From an uncultured Calditrichaceae bacterium (GTDB lineage Bacteria; Calditrichota; Calditrichia; RBG-13-44-9; J075): DNA of 42,669 nt. The translations under genes were made by a program, and so were the position numbers. The stretch's first letter is position 1. Each line of letters opens with the position of its first letter. The notes beneath the pieces were generated by a model. The model did no database searches, had not been told where the DNA came from, and saw only the letters and a program-made list of their open reading frames with translations. The stretch lies in the NCBI GenBank assembly GCA_964416895.1, contig CAYQGB010000003.1, positions 1 through 42,669 on the forward strand, read 5' to 3'. Positions 32,098 to 40,600 of the stretch are shown here, piece by piece.

Positions 32098-32598
32098 TCA
32101 TTCCACCGAATGCATGGTGCCGAACATCAGGGTAAAATGTCCCGGATAGCTGCAAATATAAGGATAGTCACCCGGGGGCGGGGCGATAAATTCCACCTGA
32201 GTTTTCTCGCCCGGTTTGGCCAGGGGAGTGTGGTAAAGCACTTCCTCCATATCCGGAATGTAGCCTCGCTCTGCGCCGGCCTTGATGGCCGCCAGCCCCA
32301 CCTGATGAATGTCCGCCCCGATTTGCAGAATCACCACGTTGTGGATCATGGCTGCATTGGTGGCGATGTTGTCCATGATCAGGCGCACCTTCTGCCCGGC
32401 TTTTACGGTAAACTCGGTGACGGCGTATTTCATCATGTTCCCTTCCGGGCGGATGATGATCTCCTGCACCGCTTCGGAGGCTGCCTTATCGCCCGGCGGA
32501 TCGGTATCCTCCGCCGAGGATCCCTCCTGCGCCCCCAGGAACAGCCCCCATCCCATACCCAGCACCAGCAGCAATACCTTCACAGCGTGAAACGACAT
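32098..32598 (-). CDS. exported type-1 copper (cupredoxin, azurin/plastocyanin-like) protein
   Basis: Signal peptide. Ligand pattern HNVV ... YICSYPGHFTLMFG (His, Cys, His, Met). Confidence 0.8.
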   Translation of the reverse strand: MSFHAVKVLLLVLGMGWGLFLGAQEGSSAEDTDPPGDKAASEAVQEIIIRPEGNMMKYAVTEFTVKAGQKVRLIMDNIATNAAMIHNVVILQIGADIHQVGLAAIKAGAERGYIPDMEEVLYHTPLAKPGEKTQVEFIAPPPGDYPYICSYPGHFTLMFGTMHSVE

Positions 32599-32686
32599 CA
32601 GTATCTCCTCCAGTGTTAATCCACTGTAATGATGTTTATTAAGAACGTTCTCAGAAGAATTCTGAAGCCGAGGCTCGAGTTGGCTG

Positions 32687-32758
32687 TTGCGTATTGCGTA
32701 TCCTGTCGGTGGAAGATTCGATCTTTCAATTTCAGAACGGCTTTATTACGCAATACGC
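32687..32758. repeat. TACGCAA-type heptamer inverted repeat with a 45-nt loop
   Basis: ttgcgtattgcgta (32687-32700) and ttacgcaatacgc (32746-32758). Confidence 0.7.
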
Positions 32759-33462
32759 TATTCCACCGGCCACTCAATGGGATCCAGAGCAAACGTGCCG
32801 TGGGAAAGCACGATTTTCCCTCCGGCGACTTTTTCCATCAATTGCAAGTAGTCTGCCAGTTCGTTCAGTTCCACCCCGTTCAGTCGGGCCAGGGTTTCCA
32901 CATCATCCATGCGGCCGGCTACACGCTGTACCACCCGGCTGATCACGTAGCATTGCCGGGAAAAGTTGGCGTTGGCTTCGGCGATGTATCCGATGATGTC
33001 CGGGTAAAGCACCACAAAGCGGGTGAATCGGCGGTTGATGTTGGGTAGCAGTTGATTGCGCATGGTGTATCGGCGAATCCCCCGGTCGAACTTGAGCACG
33101 CTGTGCAGGTCGCCGTCGATGTATTCGCCGTGCAGGTAGGCGATGTCTTCCCGGCGGGGCACCGGCTCCCAGCCGAACTCCAGGGCCGATCCCAGAAACA
33201 CAAATCGGGCTTCCTCAGGGGAGAAATTCGGCAACGCATTGGTCAGAAGCGTTTGGGGGATTTCGGCGATGATCCGGTAGGCCCATCGTTCCCGATCATC
33301 CCGGAGCGCGGCCCTTTCGGCGGTGAACCGGGGGTGAAGCTCCGGCCAGCGCACAAAAAGCTCTCCTGCATCGGTGGGCAATTCCTTGCTCAGGCGGCGA
33401 AGCACCTCCCCCGACTCCGTACCCGGAGGAAAGAAAAGCATCTTTTGAATGGCGATGCACAT
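32758..33462 (-). CDS. hypothetical protein (234 aa)
   Basis: Long ORF with coding-like composition, last gene of the wHTH/Zn-finger unit. No motif recognised. Start uncertain (M1 or M8). Confidence 0.55.
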   Translation of the reverse strand: MCIAIQKMLFFPPGTESGEVLRRLSKELPTDAGELFVRWPELHPRFTAERAALRDDRERWAYRIIAEIPQTLLTNALPNFSPEEARFVFLGSALEFGWEPVPRREDIAYLHGEYIDGDLHSVLKFDRGIRRYTMRNQLLPNINRRFTRFVVLYPDIIGYIAEANANFSRQCYVISRVVQRVAGRMDDVETLARLNGVELNELADYLQLMEKVAGGKIVLSHGTFALDPIEWPVE

Positions 33463-33614
33463 TGTGGCTCAGGATGGTATTGTGGTCTACGGCAAAGACG
33501 TTTTCTTCAGGGTTGTTTTTGACCCCTCCGGCCCTCCGCTTCCCCATTTCTCCATTTCGGTGGAACTGGTCATGGCATTTTGATACACCACGGATGTTGC
33601 GGGACAGCCCATCG

Positions 33615-33890
33615 TTAAGGGTGGGTAACCTCGGGATGCTCCGTCTCCAGGTGATACAGGAACAGGTCGAACACCACCAGGCGAATTTCGCGCACATACT
33701 CCTGCAGGGCGGCGGGGGCTTTTTTCAGGGGTTTCATCCAGGATTCTCCACACACCGGGCAGGTGATTTCATAGCTCATTTTCCCGGTGACTTTGTGCAC
33801 AAACACCCGCACCTCTTGGGCATGTTTTTCCATCAGGTGGGCGTGCAAATCCATGCGGTGGCCGGTGTATGAACAGTAGGGACATTTCAT
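33615..33890 (-). CDS. small protein with two C2H2-like zinc-finger motifs
   Basis: CPYC-x11-H-x4-H (HLMEKH) and CPVC...H-x4-H (HLETEH). ATGA start/stop overlap with the upstream wHTH gene. Confidence 0.6.
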   Translation of the reverse strand: MKCPYCSYTGHRMDLHAHLMEKHAQEVRVFVHKVTGKMSYEITCPVCGESWMKPLKKAPAALQEYVREIRLVVFDLFLYHLETEHPEVTHP

Positions 33891-34390
33891 GTCTGATTCC
33901 CGGAGTTAGAGAGAATTTGGGGCAATTCCCGTTCAAGGGTTTGGGCCAACCAATCCTGAGCCTCCCGGATCACCTCTACCAGAACCCGGCCGGCCCGGGT
34001 GAGGCAGTATGCTCCGCTTTCCGTTTCCGCCGCTACAAAGCCGCACTGCAACAACAGGCGAATGCGCTCTTCTACTATCAGGGGGCTGAGATGAACCTGC
34101 TCCGCCAGTTGAGTGGTAGTGGCGGAAGACCCCTGTAAGGCCTCGATCAGCCGGAAGTTGGCCGGTTCCAGGGCCTGGGTCAATGTGAGCAGAAGGAACT
34201 CCCGGGCCATTTCCTCCGGTCCGGTGATTCCCGGAACCGGTACGCCTTCATCTACCTGTGCATCCGGGGGCGGCTCTCCGACACCCGCATGCACGAAGGA
34301 ATCGTATAGTAGCAAAGATTTTGCCAGAAATCGAATTCGTTCCCAGACCGCCTGCGCCAGCGCTTCCGGGAGGGTGAGTTCCCCGGGCAT
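33887..34390 (-). CDS. putative winged-helix transcriptional regulator (ArsR/MarR-like core)
   Basis: FRLIEALQGSSATTTQLAEQVHLSPLIVEERIRLLLQCGFV follows the wHTH pattern. The N-terminal extension is unassigned. Confidence 0.55.
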   Translation of the reverse strand: MPGELTLPEALAQAVWERIRFLAKSLLLYDSFVHAGVGEPPPDAQVDEGVPVPGITGPEEMAREFLLLTLTQALEPANFRLIEALQGSSATTTQLAEQVHLSPLIVEERIRLLLQCGFVAAETESGAYCLTRAGRVLVEVIREAQDWLAQTLERELPQILSNSGNQT

Positions 34391-34440
34391 AGAAGTGTTC
34401 CTTATTCAATCACGGTTCATATGCATGGCTAATATGCCTT

Positions 34441-34468
34441 CGTGAAACGTAATGCGTGAAACGTGATA
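34441..34468. repeat. CGTGAAA/CGTAATG heptamer tract
   Basis: cgtgaaa cgtaatg cgtgaaa cgtgata. Confidence 0.6.
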
Positions 34469-34482
34469 ACTTAGAGTTGATG

Positions 34483-35886
34483 CTACTTAAACTCCCACTT
34501 GCTCAATCCGTACCGCTTCATCTTCTCGTAGAAGTTTTTGTAGTGCATTCCGGCTTTTTCCGCCGCCTGAGAGATGTTCCCATCGCACTTCTGCAGCAGC
34601 CGGGCGATGTACTCCTTCTCGAATTTGCTGATCAACTCTTCCTTGTGGGCCTTGAGGGGGATGTTTTCATTCACGAAGTAGCGGAAAGCGGTTTCGGCTT
34701 TCGGCTGGATGCACGCTCCGATGGTTTGGGCAGTGATCACCTCCCCTTTTTCCATGATCACCGCCCGCTCCATGACATTTTCCAGTTCCCGCACGTTGCC
34801 GGGCCAGTCATAGCTCATCAGTTTTGCCAGGGCTTCCGGAGCCAGTTCCCGCACGGTTTTGTTGAACTTGCCGGCGTATTTTTCCAGGAAGTGTTGCGCC
34901 AGCAGGGGCACATCGTCCAGGCGCTCCCGAAGCGGAGGTAACTGGATGGGAATCACGTTAAGCCGGTAGAACAGATCGTCCCGGAACTCTCCGGCGGCCA
35001 CCGCTTTTTCCAGATCCCGATTGGTGGCGGAGATAATCCGCACATCCACCCGGATGGTCTTGTTGCCCCCCACCCGCTCAAATTCTTTTTCCTGCAACAC
35101 CCGCAGCAGCTTGGCCTGGGTGGTCAGGGGGATATCGCCCACCTCGTCGAAGAAGATCGTGCCCCCATCGGCCTGCTCAAACCGCCCGATGCGGGTGCGG
35201 ATGGCGCCGGTAAAAGCCCCCTTCTCGTGGCCGAACAGTTCGCTTTCCAGCAGCGTTTCCGACAGGGCAGCGCAATTGACCCGCACAAATGCAGCCTGTT
35301 TGCGGGGGCTGTTGAAGTGCACCGCCCGGGCGATCAGTTCCTTGCCCGTGCCGGTCTCGCCCCGAATCAGCACCGTGGCGTCGGTTTCGGCAACTTCGGC
35401 GATAAGATCGAAGATCGCCTGCATCTTCTCGTTTTTGCCGATGATCTGGTCAAAACTGTACCGGGAAGTGACCTCCCGCCGCAGGCGTTTTACCTCCTTT
35501 TTCAGCTGTTGCTGTTCCACCGCATGATCTACCACCGTCAGGAGTTCCTCGTAATTCAGGGGCTTGGTGAGGTAGTTTATGGCGCCCAGTTGCATCGCCC
35601 GTACGGCGTCCTCGATGCTTCCGTGGGCGGTGATCACGATGACGGGGATGTCGATCTCCTGCCGTTTTAGCTCCGTTAGCATCTCGATCCCGTTCATCTC
35701 CGGCATCAGGTAATCCACCACCAGCACATCCACGTCTTCCCGCCGGAGGATGTCCAGGGCCGGGGAAGCGCTCTCGCTGGTGAACACCCGATACCCCTCC
35801 CGCTTCAAGTTGGCCTGCATGACGGTTAAGATGGCCGGTTCGTCATCAACCACCAGTATGGTACCGCGCTTTTTCATGGACTTCAT
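34483..35886 (-). CDS. sigma-54-dependent response regulator (NtrC family)
   Basis: REC (ILVVDDEPAI), Walker A GETGTGKE, canonical GAFTGA, and C-terminal HTH GNISQAAEKAGMH. Confidence 0.93.
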   Translation of the reverse strand: MKSMKKRGTILVVDDEPAILTVMQANLKREGYRVFTSESASPALDILRREDVDVLVVDYLMPEMNGIEMLTELKRQEIDIPVIVITAHGSIEDAVRAMQLGAINYLTKPLNYEELLTVVDHAVEQQQLKKEVKRLRREVTSRYSFDQIIGKNEKMQAIFDLIAEVAETDATVLIRGETGTGKELIARAVHFNSPRKQAAFVRVNCAALSETLLESELFGHEKGAFTGAIRTRIGRFEQADGGTIFFDEVGDIPLTTQAKLLRVLQEKEFERVGGNKTIRVDVRIISATNRDLEKAVAAGEFRDDLFYRLNVIPIQLPPLRERLDDVPLLAQHFLEKYAGKFNKTVRELAPEALAKLMSYDWPGNVRELENVMERAVIMEKGEVITAQTIGACIQPKAETAFRYFVNENIPLKAHKEELISKFEKEYIARLLQKCDGNISQAAEKAGMHYKNFYEKMKRYGLSKWEFK

Positions 35887-37369
35887 GCCTTAACGGTAAT
35901 GAGATTCGAATTTCGGTTCCCTCTCCCGGGTAGCTACGAATATCGATCTTGCCCTGATGATAATCCACAATTTTTTTCACAATGGCCAGCCCCAATCCGG
36001 TGCCCCGGGCTTTGGTGGTGAAGAAGGGATTGAAGATCTTATCGACGATGCCGGTATCAATTCCCTGGCCGTTGTCCCGCACCACCATCACCAGCTGCTC
36101 TTCCCGAAATCCATTGCCGGGGGATTTGCGGTAGCTTTCGATGTGCAACTGCCCTTCCTCTTCCAGGGCGTCAATGGCGTTGGAAATCAGATTCACCAGC
36201 ACCTGCTCCATCTGGTATTCGTCGATCAGCACCGGGGGAAGGTGAGGCTCCAGTCGGGTATTGACCTGAATGCGCTTTGCCGACAGCCGGGGATGGAGCA
36301 GTTGCAGGCAGTGTTCCACCACTTTGTTCAAAGAAGCCGGGTGATGCGCCGGGGGCACCGGGCGGGAGAATTCTAACAGCACCGACGTCAGGTGGTTCAT
36401 CCGATCCACCTGCTCCTCGATCAATTCCAGATAGCTGTGCAAATCTTTCCGGGTGATCTCCCGGGAAAGGTAGTGGGTGGCTCCCCGGATGGCATTCAGG
36501 GGATTGCGCACCTCGTGAGCCACTTTGGCGGCCATCTCCCCGATCTCCGCCAGCCGCCGGGAACGATCCAGACGGGCCTGCATGTTCACCGCCTCGGTAA
36601 CGTCTTTGACATACTCGATGATCTGCACGATTTGCCCCGATTCATCATACAGGGGAAAATCGTTGATCTCCAGGATACGCTCTTCCCCCAATTCTCCCAG
36701 CTTTTTGGTACAATAGGAGCTGGCGTGGATGCCTTTATCAAAGGTAATATCCGCCCGGCAAAAGCTGCATCGCTGGAGGGTGCCGTTGCACATTTCATAG
36801 CAGTGCTTGCCCATCACTTCCGCCAGGGAACGCCCCATAAACTGCTCGATCACCGGATTGGCTCCCACAATGCGAAAATCTCGATCCAGAATCATAATCC
36901 CGTCGGAGATGCCGTTGAAGATCGCTTCCAGACGACTCTTGCTTTTGAACAGCTCCTGAGAGGCCTGCTCCGCCTCTTCTTTGGCCCGGGTCAATGCTTG
37001 GATGGTTTGCTTTAAATGCCCCACCATGTGGTCGAAACCTTCAAACAGCCGATCCAGCTCGTCGCTCCACCGGCGGTCGGGCTTTCGGGTGAAAGAAACA
37101 TCCAGATTGCCCTGTTTGACCTGATGAATTTTTTCCGTCAGGAGAATAACCGGCTGAATCATAAATCGGGAGATCAACAGCGTACCGGCAATGCCCACCA
37201 CGATGTAAATCCCCCCGATGGCGACAAGATACCAGGGAGAATATCCCCCGTGGGCGGTAATCAGATAATGGAGGGCCATACTGCCGAGCAGGGTGGTAAA
37301 AACAATAGTTGCAATGGTGATAAGAATAAACTTATACTTGAGGCCGATCTTTCTCAAGGATCCATTCAT
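35846..37369 (-). CDS. sensor histidine kinase (TM-HAMP-PAS-HisKA-HATPase) with a Cys-rich PAS domain
   Basis: Start at MNGSLRKIGLKYKF (GGAAGG RBS). The PAS region carries HCYEMCNGTLQRCSFC. H-box AHEVRNPLNAIRG, G-boxes DNGQGI and GTGLGLAI. Confidence 0.9.
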   Translation of the reverse strand: MNGSLRKIGLKYKFILITIATIVFTTLLGSMALHYLITAHGGYSPWYLVAIGGIYIVVGIAGTLLISRFMIQPVILLTEKIHQVKQGNLDVSFTRKPDRRWSDELDRLFEGFDHMVGHLKQTIQALTRAKEEAEQASQELFKSKSRLEAIFNGISDGIMILDRDFRIVGANPVIEQFMGRSLAEVMGKHCYEMCNGTLQRCSFCRADITFDKGIHASSYCTKKLGELGEERILEINDFPLYDESGQIVQIIEYVKDVTEAVNMQARLDRSRRLAEIGEMAAKVAHEVRNPLNAIRGATHYLSREITRKDLHSYLELIEEQVDRMNHLTSVLLEFSRPVPPAHHPASLNKVVEHCLQLLHPRLSAKRIQVNTRLEPHLPPVLIDEYQMEQVLVNLISNAIDALEEEGQLHIESYRKSPGNGFREEQLVMVVRDNGQGIDTGIVDKIFNPFFTTKARGTGLGLAIVKKIVDYHQGKIDIRSYPGEGTEIRISLPLRHEVHEKARYHTGG

Positions 37370-37556
37370 GGCAATCCTTCCCCGGTGTGGTATTATCCAG
37401 AACACCTTGTAAAAATACGCAAATCTGATGCCGATCACATTACTTAAGTTACGGTATGTTGGCTTATTTTCAAAATCTCTTGGGGAATGTATTCCGGAGA
37501 GTTTGTACTCAGGTGCGGCAAGGAACAAAACGGTTTTGAGGATTTTAGCAGACTTT

Positions 37557-37628
37557 GCGTGAAACGTGATACGTGAAACGTGAGCGGTTTTCCGATCACG
37601 TTTCACGCATCACGTTTCACGTTTCACG
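37557..37628. repeat. long heptamer-based inverted repeat in the divergent intergenic region
   Basis: gcgtgaaacgtgatacgtgaaacgtga (37557-37583), 12-nt loop, tcacgtttcacgcatcacgtttcacgtttcacg (37596-37628). Confidence 0.85.
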
Positions 37629-37668
37629 AGAAGGAGCAAAAGCTCAAAGACTTTAGCCGCCTTCTCAA

Positions 37669-40600
37669 ATGTTAACTGAAAGAGCGATGAAGGACTTGCC
37701 TTCCACACATTGCGGGCATTACCAGATTCTGGAGCGCATCGGCCAGGGCGGGATGGGAGTGCTGTATAAAGCCCGGGATGTGCGCCTGGGGCGTCTGGTG
37801 GTGCTGAAATTCCTTCCCCATGGGCTGGAACAGGACGAGAAAGCCCGGCAGCGTTTTCTTCAGGAAGCCCGGGCGGCCTCGGCGCTGGATCACCCCAACA
37901 TCTGCGTGATCCATGAGATCGACGAAACCGATGAGGGGCAACTGTACATCGCCATGGCCTATTATACCGGGCAAACCCTTAAGGAGCGCCTGGAGCAGCA
38001 ACCGCTTTCCGTCCCCGAAGCCGTGGAGATTGCCCGGCAGATTTGCGCCGGCCTGGAGGAAGCCCACCGCCATGGGGTGATTCATCGGGATATTAAACCG
38101 GCCAACATCATGCTCACCGCTTCCGGGCTGGTCAAAATTGTGGATTTTGGTCTGGCGCGGGTGGAGGGAACCCGAATCACCGAATCGCACACCACCCTGG
38201 GCACCCTGGCCTACATGGCCCCGGAGCAACTGCGGGGGGAGGAGGTCGGCCCGGCGGCGGACATCTGGGCGTTGGGGGTGGTGCTGTACGAGATGATCAC
38301 CGGGCGCTTACCCTTCTCCCAGACCACTCGCCCCGCCCTGACCTATGCCATCCTCAATCAGTCGCCGTTGCCCCCGGAGGAGTTTTGCCCCGAGGTGCCT
38401 TCCTCGTTGAGTCGTTTGGTACTTCAATGCCTGCATAAGTCCCCGGAACTGCGCCCGGCCACCGCCGGGGAGATTGCCCGACAACTGGAAGCCCTTTGGG
38501 CCTCCCCGGTACCGGAAGCTTCCCTTTCCCCGGAGCCGCCACCGCCGCCGGTGCGGGAACGGGAGCAGCGACAGGCCACGATTCTGGCAGTGGAAATCTG
38601 CGCCCGGCCGGCAGAGGAGGGCCCGGAAGCCGAGGAGACGGCAGAGCAGGTTGCCGATGCCCTGGAAGTTCTCCGGAATATCGTGGCGCGCCACGGGGGG
38701 CAGGTGTTTCAGGTGGGCGGAAATACCCTCAGCGCCATCTTCGGCCTTCCCGTCGCTGCCGAGGGTACCGTGGGAAAAGCGCTTCGGGCGGCCACAGAAA
38801 TGCGCCGGGCGTTTGCTTCCGGAAGGGTTTCCCCGGCCTCTGAAATGGCGCTGAACTGCCGCATTGGCCTGGATACCGGACGGGTGGTGGTGGAGCGGGA
38901 AGGCGGGGATCCTCCCCAATTCCGGGAGGTGCTGGGCAATCCGGTCGTCCGGGCTACCCACCTGATGAACGCCGCCCCTGCGGGCGGTATCTTCCTGAGT
39001 GCGGCGGTGGAAAAGCCGGCCCGGCGAAAATATCGCTGCCGACCGGAAAAAACCGTGCCGGTGGCGGGTCTGGCCCGGGGCATTCGGGCGTTTGCCCTGG
39101 AGGAGGCATTACCGGAACCGGCGGCGGCAACCTCGGCGCCGATGGCCCCGCCGCTAATCGGTCGGGAGCGGGAGCGGGAAACCCTGCTGCTGCATCTGCT
39201 CAAAGTCACCCACGGGGAGGGGAGCATCGTGGCGGTAACCGGGGAGGCCGGCATCGGCAAATCCCGCCTGGTGGCCGAGGTGAAGCGCTCTTCCCATGCC
39301 GGAGGAGTGATGTTGCTGGAAGGGCAGGCCATGTCTCAGGGGCGGAACTGGAGTTATCACCTGTTTGTGGATCTCTTTCAGCGCTGGGCGGGCATCGCCA
39401 ATCCCGATGACCGGGGGCAGCAGTGGAGCAAGCTGCGAGGACTGCTGGAACGGGTGTATCCGGAACGGGCCGAGGAGGTGCTTCCCTTTCTGGGGCGGCT
39501 GTTGCAGGTGGAGTTGCCGCCGGAGGCCTCGGAGCGCATCCGGGGCATTGAGGGGGCGGCTCTGGAGCGGCTGATGGTGAAGCATCTCCGAAAACTGTTC
39601 GGGCATTGCGCTGTACGGAAGCCGCTGGTCATGGTGCTGGAAGATTTGCAATGGGCCGATAACAGTTCCCTGGAATTGCTGGAGGGGCTGTTTCGTCTGG
39701 TGGAGTTCCATCCCATCCTGTTCATTCTGGTGCTGCGGTCCGGTGTTTCTGCCCGTGCCCATCAGGTGCTGGAGACGCTGAAGCAGCAGTATTCCGGGGA
39801 GTATCGGGGAGCTTTTTTCCGGGAGATTCCCCTCGCGCCTCTGGAACCGTCCCAGTGCGAGCGTCTGATCCGGCATCTGGTGGAACCGGGCGAGATGGAA
39901 TCGGGAATCCGCCGGGCGATTGTGGCCCGCACCGGGGGCAATCCCCTGTTCATCGAAGAGGTGATCCGCTCCCTGATGGATCCCCCCGTCGGAGAAGCGC
40001 TCCCCGATTTGCCTCAGGAACCGCTGAGCATTCCGAATACGATTCAGGAGATGTTGCTGGCCCGGGTGGATCGGCTGGATGACGCCGCCCGACGGGTGCT
40101 GAAAACGGCGGCGGTGATGGGGCAGCAGTTTCTCTATCGGGTGTTGCGAGAGGTTGTCGGAGAGGCGGCGGATGAGGCGGTGCTGAACCGCCTGGTGGAA
40201 TGGCAGCTTCTGGAAACAGAGGAGGTGGGAGGGGAGCGACGGTACCGATTTCGCCATGCCCTGGTGCAGGAGGCGGTGTATCAGTCCATCCTCCCCGGTC
40301 GGCGGCGGGAATTGCACCGCCAGGTGGCCCGGGCGGTTGGAAAATGCCTGCGGGAGGATGTGCCCGAATATTATGGGATGCTGGCCTATCATTACACCCG
40401 CGCCGGGGATGCGGAAAACGCCGAAGCCTGTTTGATTCAGGCCGGGGAGCAGGCGCTGAAGGCGGCGGCTTCTCACGAAGCCCTGCGGTATTCTCAGGAG
40501 GCCCTGCGCATCTATCGGCGGCGATTCGGAAAATCCGCCGATCGGGAAAAGATTCTCCTGTTAGAGCGGAACATCGCTCTGGCCTTCTACTACCGGGGGC

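Noticed and set aside
38570-39060. Calling the large kinase an active adenylate/guanylate cyclase
   Set aside because: Both metal-binding Asp positions appear substituted (Glu and Asn) in my manual alignment, so only the term cyclase-homology domain is justified.
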